The notes beneath the pieces were generated by a model, which had not been told where the DNA came from, searched no databases, and worked only from the letters and a program-made list of their open reading frames with translations. Below, one piece after another: positions 9,368 to 18,126 of a DNA stretch of 49,971 nt. Within the stretch, counting starts at the first letter, position 1, and each line of letters begins with the position of its first letter. The position numbers and the translations under genes are program-made. Where the stretch lies: sequence record DRR378314_1192; one strand, given 5' to 3'.

Positions 9368-10600
9368 CTATTCAGCAGCGAGTTTCAAACCGTCGCCTTC
9401 ATCACCCACGGTTTCGGCAATTTTCAGGGCAAGGCGGCGGGCAACTTCGTCCTTGCCCATGCGTGGCCAGCGTTCGGATCCGTCTCGCGAGATCAGAGCA
9501 ATCTCGTTCTCTGTTCCCCCCATCACATCGCCAGACACATCATTGGCGACAATCCAGTCACAATTCTTGCGCTTCAGCTTCGCTTCGGCATGCTCCTCGA
9601 CATCATGGGTTTCTGCCGCAAAGCCGATGACGAGGGAGGGGCGATTCTTTCGCTTGTTGGCTAGCGTTTTGAGGATGTCCGGGTTTTCCGTCAGTTCCAT
9701 GGATGGATGCTCGCTGCCTGCACCTTTGATCTTCAGCTTCTTGGTCGCTGCGCGGGCAGGGCGCCAGTCCGCAACGGCGGCCACTGATACGAAGACATCA
9801 GCAGGCAGAGCATCTTCGCAAGCTTTCAACATTTGCCGCGCCGTCTCAACGGGCACCAAATTCACGCCGCGCGGGGCAGGCAGGGAAACCGGCCCAGATA
9901 CGAGCGTGACCTGCGCGCCCAGACGCGCGAGCGCTTCGGCTATGGCGTAGCCCTGTTTGCCGGACGAATGATTTGAGAGGAAGCGGACCGGGTCCAGCGG
10001 TTCCCGTGTCGGGCCGGCTGTGACAAGGGCGTGAGTACCGGAAAGCGCGCCGGCGTTTTCACCCGCCAGCATGCGCTCAATCTCGGCTACAATCGCCGGG
10101 ATCTCTGGAAGCCGCCCAGGTCCAAATTCACCACAGGCCATCGCGCCTTCGTCCGGCTCCATCACCGTAACGCCATCGGCGCGCAATGTCTCGATGTTGC
10201 GCATGGTGGCAGGATGCTGCCACATCCGGACATTCATGGCAGGCACCATCAGAACCGGCTTGTCGGTTGCCAGCAGAGTTGTGGATGCAAGATCATTGGC
10301 AAGGCCACCAGCGGCTTTGGCCATCAGGTCTGCGGTCGCCGGGCAGGCGACGACGAGGTCAGCCGAACGAGACAGCTCGATATGGCCCATTTCGGCTTCG
10401 TCGCTGAGGTTGAAGAGTTCGGTGTACACCTTGTCGCCTGACAGGGCTGAAATAGACAGGGGCGTCACGAATTCCTGGCCCCCCTTGGTGACGATGCAAC
10501 GACAGGCAATGTCGCGCCGGCGCAACTCCCGGATAAGCTCCAGGCTTTTATAGGCGGCAATTCCGCCGGAAATGATCAGGAGGATGCGTTTCTGCGTCAT
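9368..10600 (-). CDS. coaBC: Phosphopantothenoylcysteine decarboxylase/ligase
   Basis: GGIAAYK, PAMN, ACGEFGPGR, TAGPTRE.LDPVR, GFAAET. Confidence 0.97.
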   Translation of the reverse strand: MTQKRILLIISGGIAAYKSLELIRELRRRDIACRCIVTKGGQEFVTPLSISALSGDKVYTELFNLSDEAEMGHIELSRSADLVVACPATADLMAKAAGGLANDLASTTLLATDKPVLMVPAMNVRMWQHPATMRNIETLRADGVTVMEPDEGAMACGEFGPGRLPEIPAIVAEIERMLAGENAGALSGTHALVTAGPTREPLDPVRFLSNHSSGKQGYAIAEALARLGAQVTLVSGPVSLPAPRGVNLVPVETARQMLKACEDALPADVFVSVAAVADWRPARAATKKLKIKGAGSEHPSMELTENPDILKTLANKRKNRPSLVIGFAAETHDVEEHAEAKLKRKNCDWIVANDVSGDVMGGTENEIALISRDGSERWPRMGKDEVARRLALKIAETVGDEGDGLKLAAE

Positions 10601-10729
10601 TAATCGGGGCCTTCAGTCTTGATGGCACTCTTACCGCAAATTCCTTGCCGATGCCCCATGAAATCCCCGTGAACCTGCCGTGTCAGTTAAGGATTTCGCC
10701 AGGTTTTGCAGGATTTTGTTGTCATCGGG

Positions 10730-12244
10730 CTATTTCGCCGCCCATATGATCAGGGCTACCAGAGCCGTGATGAAGCCGAACCAGCCCCACCAGGGCGCAA
10801 ACCGTCTGGTTGGCGGCGGGAGCGGTGCGGGCGGCTCAAGTGAGGCCTCAAACCTGTCCATCACTTCCGGCAATCGCTTCAGCCGGTTGGTGATCTCTTT
10901 CACATTTCCCGCCACTAGCTTTGCCGCGCCTTCCGGGCCGAAACTGCGGCGTATCCAGCCTCCAACAACCGGTTCAGACGCGAACCAGATATTGTGTGAG
11001 GGATCAATCGCGCGTGCGACGCCCTCGACCTGAACCATTGTTTTCTGGAGCAGGACCAGTTCCGGGCGCAGAGACATGCCAAATGTGTGCGTGTAGTCGA
11101 AGAGTTGCAGCAGAACGCGGCCCATCGAAACTTCTTCGGCGGGCTTGCCGTGGACGGGTTCCCCTATGGAACGCAGTGCTTGTGCAAACTCTCCGACGGA
11201 TTGGGTGGCCGGAACGTATCCAGCTTCGAAATGCACCTCGGCAACGCGCAGATAGTCGCGTTTCAGGAAGCCCCACAGAATTTCCGCCAGGAACCGGCGC
11301 TCTGTCATGCCGATCCGGCCGATGATGCCGAAATCGATCAGGGCTACTTTTCCCTCTGGCGTGATGATCAGGTTTCCTTCGTGCATGTCCGCATGAAACA
11401 CGCCGTATTCGATGGCATGCGTGAGAAAGCCTTGCGTGATGTCGTTCGCCAGTTTCTTGCGGTCGATACCTGGACGGTCCAACGCCTTTGGGTCAGTCAA
11501 GGGTGTTCCATCAATCCAGTCGATGGTCAGAACGCGGCGACCCGTGCGATCCCAATCGACGCCAGGCACAACGAAATGGCCGGATTTCTGACTGATCTCA
11601 TGCATTTCGTCCGCGCCGCCTGCTTCCAGACGCAGATCAGTCTCGCGCATCATGGCAGCGGCGATGGTCTCTGTGAACGCAACCGGTTTGAGGCGCTGGC
11701 TTTCCGCGGATATGCCCTCAATTGTACGTGCCGCGCGCTTCATGGCGGAGAGTTCCACCGTCAGCTGTCGCTCAATTCCGGGACGCAGGATCTTCACGGC
11801 GCGAGTGCCACCTGCCAGCTCCATCTTGTGGACCTGCGCCAGAGAGGCGGCTGCGACCGGGTCTGACAGATCTCCAAACAGGCGTTCTGCGTCGGCCGCG
11901 CCGAATTCTTCAGCGAGGGCAGCGCGCGCCGCTTTCAGGGAGAAGGGGGGCAGCTTGTCCTTCAGCCGCCCCAAGTCTTCGGTTACTTCGGCGCCGAATA
12001 CATCGGGCCGCGTCGCCAGGAATTGCCCCAGCTTGATGTAAGCCGGGCCGAGCTTTTCGAGAGCGCGGGCAAGTCTCTGGCCAGGCCGACCTTTCGCGCC
12101 ACCACCGACGAGCCGCAGGGTCCGTCCGGCGATTCGGGCGGGCAGGGGCAGGCGGGTCTGATATGCGCCCGGCAAGATGACGTCATGGCGGGCCAGAGCG
12201 ATCCCTGCACGCATCAGGCGGCGATAATCTCCGATCATTCCCAT
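10730..12244 (-). CDS. ubiB: Ubiquinone biosynthesis kinase-like protein UbiB
   Basis: LGPAYIKLGQ, AAASLAQVH, AVKILRP, FHADMHEGN, DFG; GGAG RBS before ATG 12244 (alternative start 12256). Confidence 0.95.
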   Translation of the reverse strand: MGMIGDYRRLMRAGIALARHDVILPGAYQTRLPLPARIAGRTLRLVGGGAKGRPGQRLARALEKLGPAYIKLGQFLATRPDVFGAEVTEDLGRLKDKLPPFSLKAARAALAEEFGAADAERLFGDLSDPVAAASLAQVHKMELAGGTRAVKILRPGIERQLTVELSAMKRAARTIEGISAESQRLKPVAFTETIAAAMMRETDLRLEAGGADEMHEISQKSGHFVVPGVDWDRTGRRVLTIDWIDGTPLTDPKALDRPGIDRKKLANDITQGFLTHAIEYGVFHADMHEGNLIITPEGKVALIDFGIIGRIGMTERRFLAEILWGFLKRDYLRVAEVHFEAGYVPATQSVGEFAQALRSIGEPVHGKPAEEVSMGRVLLQLFDYTHTFGMSLRPELVLLQKTMVQVEGVARAIDPSHNIWFASEPVVGGWIRRSFGPEGAAKLVAGNVKEITNRLKRLPEVMDRFEASLEPPAPLPPPTRRFAPWWGWFGFITALVALIIWAAK

Positions 12245-12265
12245 GTGCGGCTCCATTGCGCCGTG

Positions 12266-12290
12266 GGAACCGGTCGTTCCGTGCAGCGTT
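12266..12290 (+). promoter_or_regulatory. EcfG/SigT-type general stress promoter
   Basis: Exact GGAAC-N16-CGTT, 35 nt upstream of the small ORF at 12326. Confidence 0.65.
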
Positions 12291-12325
12291 TGTTCAGGGA
12301 TAATCTATTTATGGAGGAGGCTATC

Positions 12326-12505
12326 ATGGCCACTAAAAAAGCACCGAAAAACAAAGGAATTCTATACTTTGTGATGAGTGGTTTGCTTGTGTCGGCGATG
12401 ATCGCCGCAGCTGTGTATTATGCAGACACGAGTCCGCCACCCAATGAGCTGTTGTTGGACCCGACCCAGCGCTCCAGTTTGACACCGGAAATGAACCCGA
12501 GCTGA
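12326..12505 (+). CDS. Small single-pass membrane protein (59 aa)
   Basis: GGAGGAGG RBS; basic N-terminus MATKKAPKNK then hydrophobic GILYFVMSGLLVSAMIAAAVYY; fills the ubiB-ubiE gap. Confidence 0.7.
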   Translation: MATKKAPKNKGILYFVMSGLLVSAMIAAAVYYADTSPPPNELLLDPTQRSSLTPEMNPS

Positions 12506-12511
12506 CGCGCA

Positions 12512-13300
12512 TCAAACTGCCCAGCCAAAGTGCAGGGCGGCGATGCCACCGGAGTAATTCGTTACACTGACGCGGGAGAACCCCGAGGCTTCAATTTCCT
12601 GACGGAACTCATCCTGTGCGGGGAATTTGCGGATGGATTCCACGAGATACTGGTAGCTGGCTTCATCGCCAGCGACGAGGCTGCCCAATTTCGGGATGAC
12701 ATTGAAGCTGTACGTGTCGTAGGCGGCCTGCAGCGCCGGCACGGTCATATGGCTGAATTCCAGAACAGCGAGACGACCACCCGGTTTCAAGACGCGGCGG
12801 AATTCTCGCAGGCCCGCGACGCGGTCCGCAAAATTGCGAATGCCAAAGGAAACCGTCACCGCATCAAATGATCGGTCCGGGTAGGGTAGGCTTTGCCCAT
12901 CAGCGCAGACCCAATCGAGACGACCCTCCCATTTTTGATTGTCCGGGCGCGCCTTGCCTGCGTCCAGCATGGCATCATTGATGTCGCACACAATCGCCGT
13001 CGCTTGCGAATCGAGGCCGCGTCGTTTGCCTGCCTTGTCGGCCAGCGTCAGGAACGCACGGGCGAGTTCACCCGTACCACCAGCGACATCCAGATGCCGT
13101 TCTCCCGGCTGCGGATTTACCTGGTTCATCGCGTCATGCTTCCAGAGGCGATGCACGCCTGCAGACATGAGATCATTCATCAGATCGTAGCGAGACGCCA
13201 CTGAGCGAAAGACACCCTTCACGCGGGCGACTTTTTCTGACTCGGTTACGTCCTCAAATCCAAATGAGACTGTACGTTCGGTTTCACTGTCTGCCGTCAT
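12512..13300 (-). CDS. ubiE: Ubiquinone/menaquinone C-methyltransferase
   Basis: VFRSVASRYDLMNDLMSAG.HRLWK, LDVAGGTG, YQYLVESIRKFP; start approximate. Confidence 0.95.
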   Translation of the reverse strand: MTADSETERTVSFGFEDVTESEKVARVKGVFRSVASRYDLMNDLMSAGVHRLWKHDAMNQVNPQPGERHLDVAGGTGELARAFLTLADKAGKRRGLDSQATAIVCDINDAMLDAGKARPDNQKWEGRLDWVCADGQSLPYPDRSFDAVTVSFGIRNFADRVAGLREFRRVLKPGGRLAVLEFSHMTVPALQAAYDTYSFNVIPKLGSLVAGDEASYQYLVESIRKFPAQDEFRQEIEASGFSRVSVTNYSGGIAALHFGWAV

Positions 13301-13348
13301 GCGTGTCACCATAGTTGCCTCGTGCATGGTAGGCTATATGCCATTGCC

Positions 13349-14194
13349 ATGCCTGAATTACCCGAAGTCGAGACAGTTCGCCGCGGACTTGCCCCAGTCA
13401 TGGAAGGGCAGCAGATTCTGCACCTCAGCCAGAATCGCGCTGATTTGCGGTTTCCTTTTCCTGAGCGGTTCGCTGAGCGCCTCACGGGCGCGCGCATTAC
13501 ACATCTTGGACGAAAGGCGAAGTTTCTCACGCTCGCCCTGTCCACGGATGAGGTTCTCGTCATGCATCTTGGCATGACGGGGCGCTTTACCGTTTCTGAC
13601 ACGAAAATTGGCGAGTTCCACCATGAAACCGGAACCGATCCGCGCCACGATCACGTCGTGTTTGAACTCGCAAGCGGGGCGCGGGTGACCTACAATGACC
13701 CCCGGCGGTTTGGATTCATGGAACTTTGGCCAGCCGCGCAAATCGAGGCCTATCCACGGTTAATGGCGATGGGGCCGGAGCCGCTGTCGAACGGGTTTTC
13801 GGAAGCGTATTTGAATAGCGCCCTCAAGGGACGGAAAACACCTGTCAAATCTGCCCTTCTGGACCAGGCCGTCATTGCCGGCCTTGGCAATATTTATGTA
13901 TGCGAAGCGCTCTGGCGAGCAGGTGTGTCGCCCCGGCGACACGCGGCGACAATCCCGGGTCAACGGGCGGCACGGCTGGTGCCAGCCATCAATAATGTGA
14001 TTGCCGAGGCGATTGCGGCGGGTGGGTCCTCCATTTCAGACTTTGCGAGCGCCAGTGGCGAACTGGGGTACTTCCAGCATGCTTTCGCCGTCTATGACCG
14101 GGAGGGGCAGGCGTGTCGGAACTGCGATCAGCCCATTCAGCGTATCGTCCAGTCTGGCCGGTCGAGCTTCTTCTGTAGCAAATGCCAGCGCTAG
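13349..14194 (+). CDS. mutM: Formamidopyrimidine-DNA glycosylase
   Basis: MPELPEVET N-terminus, HLGMTG, GLGNIY, C-terminal CxxC..CxxCQ zinc finger. Confidence 0.98.
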   Translation: MPELPEVETVRRGLAPVMEGQQILHLSQNRADLRFPFPERFAERLTGARITHLGRKAKFLTLALSTDEVLVMHLGMTGRFTVSDTKIGEFHHETGTDPRHDHVVFELASGARVTYNDPRRFGFMELWPAAQIEAYPRLMAMGPEPLSNGFSEAYLNSALKGRKTPVKSALLDQAVIAGLGNIYVCEALWRAGVSPRRHAATIPGQRAARLVPAINNVIAEAIAAGGSSISDFASASGELGYFQHAFAVYDREGQACRNCDQPIQRIVQSGRSSFFCSKCQR

Positions 14195-14586
14195 GATTGC
14201 CGAGCTGAAAGCGCGCTGAGAATTCGAATGGCGGCCATCAGGTCAGCTTGTTCGGCCAGATCGTCGATGTGTTTTTTTGCTTCCTGTTGAAGCATTCTCA
14301 GTTTGCGGGCTTCCGACTGCTGGCTGGTCGGAAGTGCGGGCACGGGCAGGAAGAAAAACCCTACAGGCTTGCCGAGCGCGATTGCCACTTCCCGGAGTCG
14401 CCCAACCGACAACCGACTGTGCCCAGCTTCATATTTCTGGATCTGCTGAAACGTCAGTCCCAGTGTGCTGGCCAGATCTTCCTGCGTGAAGCCCTGCTCG
14501 CGCCGAGCCTGACGAATCTGAACGCCTGTGAAGCGATCCGCGCCAGTGGGTCGTCGGGATGTGGTCTTTGACCTGTCTTGCGGCAT
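14191..14586 (-). CDS. XRE-family HTH transcriptional regulator
   Basis: IRQARR..GFTQEDLA..LGLTFQQIQKYEAG pattern. Confidence 0.88.
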   Translation of the reverse strand: MPQDRSKTTSRRPTGADRFTGVQIRQARREQGFTQEDLASTLGLTFQQIQKYEAGHSRLSVGRLREVAIALGKPVGFFFLPVPALPTSQQSEARKLRMLQQEAKKHIDDLAEQADLMAAIRILSALSARQS

Positions 14587-14689
14587 CTTGATGTCCTGGA
14601 CACAGCGCTAACCCAGGAAGTGTATACAATCAAAAGTTGAAATCAACTGCGATCGATCAATTTGTACCAGCAACGGTTGTGCGGCGGCG

Positions 14690-15043
14690 CTATTTTGGGT
14701 CGAGTCGGATAACTTCCTCACCGGATTCTGCCGATTGTTCTGGCAGGGACAGGATAGTGGACGGCTCATCGTCAAAGTTTCCCGTTCCAAACTCGCCGGA
14801 CCGGATCAACAGGCCATCATCTTCATCATCCTGTCCAATGCGCAGGTTCAATGCGCCAGAGGTCGAGTCGTCCGACAGGGTGGTTGATGGAAGATTCAGG
14901 TTCAGCGACCCCGTGTACTCATCTTCGATCTGAGCGGTCTCTGTTGCAATGACGGCTTGCGCCTCTTCGCTGTCAGCCGCCTGCGAACAGGCGGTGCCCA
15001 CAAGGCAAAGTGAAGCGAGCGCAAAGGTTGTCGTCAGTTTCAT
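14690..15043 (-). CDS. Acidic hypothetical lipoprotein
   Basis: MKLTTTFALASLCLVGTAC lipobox-like signal; D/E-rich body. Confidence 0.6.
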   Translation of the reverse strand: MKLTTTFALASLCLVGTACSQAADSEEAQAVIATETAQIEDEYTGSLNLNLPSTTLSDDSTSGALNLRIGQDDEDDGLLIRSGEFGTGNFDDEPSTILSLPEQSAESGEEVIRLDPK

Positions 15044-15071
15044 GAACATGTCCCCATTCTTGGCGCGTGCC

Positions 15072-16022
15072 CTAGCGGCTCGCAAGTTTGTCCAGCACAG
15101 AGTCCCAGAAAATGGAGGCGATATCAATGCCGCTCAGCTTCTTGATCGCCTGAACTCCGGTTGGAGATGTGACATTCACCTCGGTCAGGCGACCGCCGAT
15201 GACGTCTATGCCTGTGAGAACAAGTCCCCGACGCTTCAGCTCCGGGCCAATGGCATCACAAATTCGTTTGTCGGCATCGCTCAGGTCGCTGGCTTCGGCA
15301 GTGCCGCCAACAACGAGGTTGGAACGGACCTGCCCATCCTTGGGGCGGCGGTTCACTGCGCCTACGGCCTTGCCATCGATCAGGATGATCCGCTTGTCAC
15401 CTTCGCTGACGGCTGGAAGGAATGCCTGAACCATCACTGGTTCGCGGGAGCGGCTAAAAAAGAGTTCGGTGAGGGAGTCAAAATTGGAGTCGCCGTTCTT
15501 CAGGCGGAATACACCTGCACCGCCATGCCCATAAAGGGGCTTGATGATGATGTCCTTGTGCCTGTCACGAAACTCCTGAATTGCCTCCAGATCGCGCGAC
15601 ACAAGGGTAGGGGGCATTAGCTCCGGGAACATCAGCGGAAAGATTTTTTCCGGGCTTGAGCGCACGCCTTCCGGATCATTCACGATCAGTGTCTTGTCCG
15701 AAATCTGCTCCAGCTGGTGACAGGCTGTAATATAGCTCATGTCGAAGGGCGGATCCTGACGCATCAGGATGACATCGACATCGGTTGCAAGGTCCAGTCG
15801 TGTCGTGTCGCCGAACAAGCCCGGCGTTTCCCTGACGCGCTGTACGCGCGCCGGGCGCACTTCTGCCGTAAGCCGGCCTGCTTCCGTGCTGAGTTTTTCG
15901 GGGCCGTAGACGAACAGCTCCATGCCGCGCGCCTGCGCGGTTTCAGCCAGGGCGAAAGTGGTGTCACCGTCAATATTGACGGATTCGAGCGGATCCATCT
16001 GGATCGCAACGCGCAAACTCAT
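15072..16022 (-). CDS. gshB: Glutathione synthetase
   Basis: QMDP, MRQDPPFD, KPLYGHGG, GDKRI, RSNL..GG, EVNVTSPTG. Confidence 0.97.
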   Translation of the reverse strand: MSLRVAIQMDPLESVNIDGDTTFALAETAQARGMELFVYGPEKLSTEAGRLTAEVRPARVQRVRETPGLFGDTTRLDLATDVDVILMRQDPPFDMSYITACHQLEQISDKTLIVNDPEGVRSSPEKIFPLMFPELMPPTLVSRDLEAIQEFRDRHKDIIIKPLYGHGGAGVFRLKNGDSNFDSLTELFFSRSREPVMVQAFLPAVSEGDKRIILIDGKAVGAVNRRPKDGQVRSNLVVGGTAEASDLSDADKRICDAIGPELKRRGLVLTGIDVIGGRLTEVNVTSPTGVQAIKKLSGIDIASIFWDSVLDKLASR

Positions 16023-16068
16023 GGGGGCGGCTCCTTGATGGGCCGCCGCCCGTGCGGTGAGGCCCTGC

Positions 16069-16752
16069 TTAGTAACTTGCGCCGATCAGCTCGCCGTCGG
16101 CACTTGTGTCATATGAGGCATCAGGCGCGCTTTGATAAGAGGCTCCGCCCTGAAGTGTTGGCGCAGCCTGTTGAGAGCGGCCATCCCGCACGCGAACATA
16201 AGATACAACCTGCTTCACGCCGCCAACGACGCTCGCTTCCTCAGCGGCGCGCTTCAGTTCTTCTGCAGAGCGGGCGATGCCCATCAGGTAAACGACGCCA
16301 TTATAGGTTTCGATATTGAAGTTCACACTCTTGACGGAGCTCGATCCGACAAGGCGAGAGCGCACCCGTGCCGTGATCAACTCGTCCGATACATTGGCCA
16401 GGAAGCCGCCTGCTGGTTCGATCCGAATCTCGTTTGCGACGTCACGTGTCAGCGGCGACGTCCAGGCTATGCCTTCGGCTTTGACTCGGTCTTCCGGCGT
16501 ATCAACGCGCCCTGACAACAGAACGAGACCGCTCGTTACTTCAACATCAACTTCGCCAAACCGATTTGCGCTTTCGGAAAGAAGCTTGCTTTTGATCTGA
16601 TTTGAAGCGGTCGCATCGTCGACGGCTTCGCCAAGTGATTTGTCCTGAACGGCGGCGACACCGACAGCGCCAGCTGTACCAAGGGCCGCTGCGGCACAAC
16701 TGCAAAGGGGCATGGCCAACACAAGGGCGGCGGCGGCAAGTTGCGTGCGCAT
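16069..16752 (-). CDS. Tandem BON-domain lipoprotein (DolP/OsmY-like)
   Basis: Lipobox-like LCSC; two BON repeats (G.VLLSG.V; NGVVYLMG). Confidence 0.88.
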   Translation of the reverse strand: MRTQLAAAALVLAMPLCSCAAAALGTAGAVGVAAVQDKSLGEAVDDATASNQIKSKLLSESANRFGEVDVEVTSGLVLLSGRVDTPEDRVKAEGIAWTSPLTRDVANEIRIEPAGGFLANVSDELITARVRSRLVGSSSVKSVNFNIETYNGVVYLMGIARSAEELKRAAEEASVVGGVKQVVSYVRVRDGRSQQAAPTLQGGASYQSAPDASYDTSADGELIGASY

Positions 16753-17014
16753 ATGAGTCTACTCCATCAGCGATCTTATCAATGTGCGTACCTGCCATCA
16801 GGTTGCGGCGAAAATCTGGCGAGACTGACACCAACTGCAAATTGGCATGGTTTCCCGCTGAAATCGATCCGAATCACCCGTAATTCACTGGTTGTTCCGG
16901 CCTGCGGATGCTATTATCTTGAGCAGATCGTAACCAGAAGGAACCGGACCCCTGACCCCTAGCGCCCCGCGGCTACAGCCCGCCCAGCAGGCCACTCTCG
17001 ACGACATCCGCAAC

Positions 17015-17347
17015 GTGGCCGAAACTCTCGCCAAGGCCCTTGAGGATGACAAGGCGGAAGATGTTCTCTTCATAGACCTTGAAGGCAAATCTTCGCTCGC
17101 TGACTTCATGATCATCGCATCAGGCCGTTCTGGTCGTCACGTCGCGGCTCTGGCAGATCATCTCGCACAGGACATCAAGAAGCTGACCGGACGCCCGGCC
17201 AGTATCGAAGGTATGCCCAATGCTGACTGGGTGTTGATCGACACCGGGGACGTTATCGTGCATCTGTTCCGTCCCGAGGTCCGTGAGTTCTACAATCTCG
17301 AGAAGATCTGGGCCTCTGACAACGCCCACCGCACACCCGCTAATTAG
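17015..17347 (+). CDS. rsfS: Ribosome silencing factor
   Basis: DDKAEDV, IASGRS.RHV, WVLID.GDVIVHLF..E.REFYNLEKIW; real start may be upstream (in-frame CTG at 16952). Confidence 0.95.
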   Translation: MAETLAKALEDDKAEDVLFIDLEGKSSLADFMIIASGRSGRHVAALADHLAQDIKKLTGRPASIEGMPNADWVLIDTGDVIVHLFRPEVREFYNLEKIWASDNAHRTPAN

Positions 17348-17356
17348 CGCGCACGG

Positions 17357-17821
17357 ATGCGGATCATTTTCCTCGTCGTCGGTCGGATGAAGTCCGGGCC
17401 GGAGCGCGAACTTGTCGATGAATACATCAAGCGGGCCGGCCCCATTGCGCGGTCTCTTGGATTTCGAGGAATTGAAGAGGTCGAAGTGGCGAGCGGGGGC
17501 GGGCTTGACGCAGAGGCCGAGCGGATCCTGGCGAAACTGCCCGCTGGCGCCAAATGCATTCGACTGGACGAGTTCGGACGAGCACATCGATCTCGTGATT
17601 TCGCCACCAATCTTGCAAAATGGCGCGACCAGGGTGTCCCAGACCTGGTGTTCCTTATTGGTGGAGCCGAAGGCTATGGTGACGCAGTGAAAGCAGCGGT
17701 GCCGGACACAATCGCATTCGGGCCTCAGACCTGGCCACACAGATTCGTTCGCGTCATGATTTCAGAACAGGTCTATCGTGCTGTGTCGATTCTGGCGGGA
17801 ACACCCTATCACAAAGACTAA
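17357..17821 (+). CDS. rlmH: 23S rRNA pseudouridine-1915 N3-methyltransferase
   Basis: FLIGGAEG, TWPH, EQVYRA..ILAGTPYHK; follows rsfS. Confidence 0.96.
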   Translation: MRIIFLVVGRMKSGPERELVDEYIKRAGPIARSLGFRGIEEVEVASGGGLDAEAERILAKLPAGAKCIRLDEFGRAHRSRDFATNLAKWRDQGVPDLVFLIGGAEGYGDAVKAAVPDTIAFGPQTWPHRFVRVMISEQVYRAVSILAGTPYHKD

Positions 17822-17931
17822 CCAGCGTAGAGCGATGGCGCAGGCATCAGGATCATGATGAACGCCAGAGCGGCAATCAGGCCCATCACCGTAACTGACA
17901 GAAGTCTTGTCAGGGAAATTGGATTGCTCAC
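17818..17931 (-). CDS. Putative 37-aa single-pass membrane peptide (not in ORF track)
   Basis: GTG start with AAAGGA RBS; MSNPISLTRLLSVTVMGLIAALAFIMILMPAPSLYAG; stop overlaps the rlmH stop. Confidence 0.55.
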   Translation of the reverse strand: MSNPISLTRLLSVTVMGLIAALAFIMILMPAPSLYAG

Positions 17932-17985
17932 CGGTTCGGTCCTTTCTTGCTGCTCGGGCCTATTTGGTGCCGCGTTGCCTATATG

Positions 17986-18011
17986 AACACTCTCCTAACG
18001 GAATAGGTTCC
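17986..18011 (-). promoter_or_regulatory. EcfG/SigT-like promoter
   Basis: GGAAC-N17-TGTT upstream of the 37-aa ORF. Confidence 0.4.
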
Positions 18012-18126
18012 ATGCGCGGCGTGCATGCGGCCATTTGAAGGCAGCGCGTTACGCTTTGTTGATCCTTGCAAGTTCCCGGCCTAGAGCTTTAACCGTCATG
18101 GAAATGCGAGGTGGGAGGCCTGGTTG

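Noticed and set aside
10623-10638. TGGCAC...GG-N10-GC sigma54-like motif
   Set aside because: Points away from coaBC and antisense into ubiB, with a poor -12 element.
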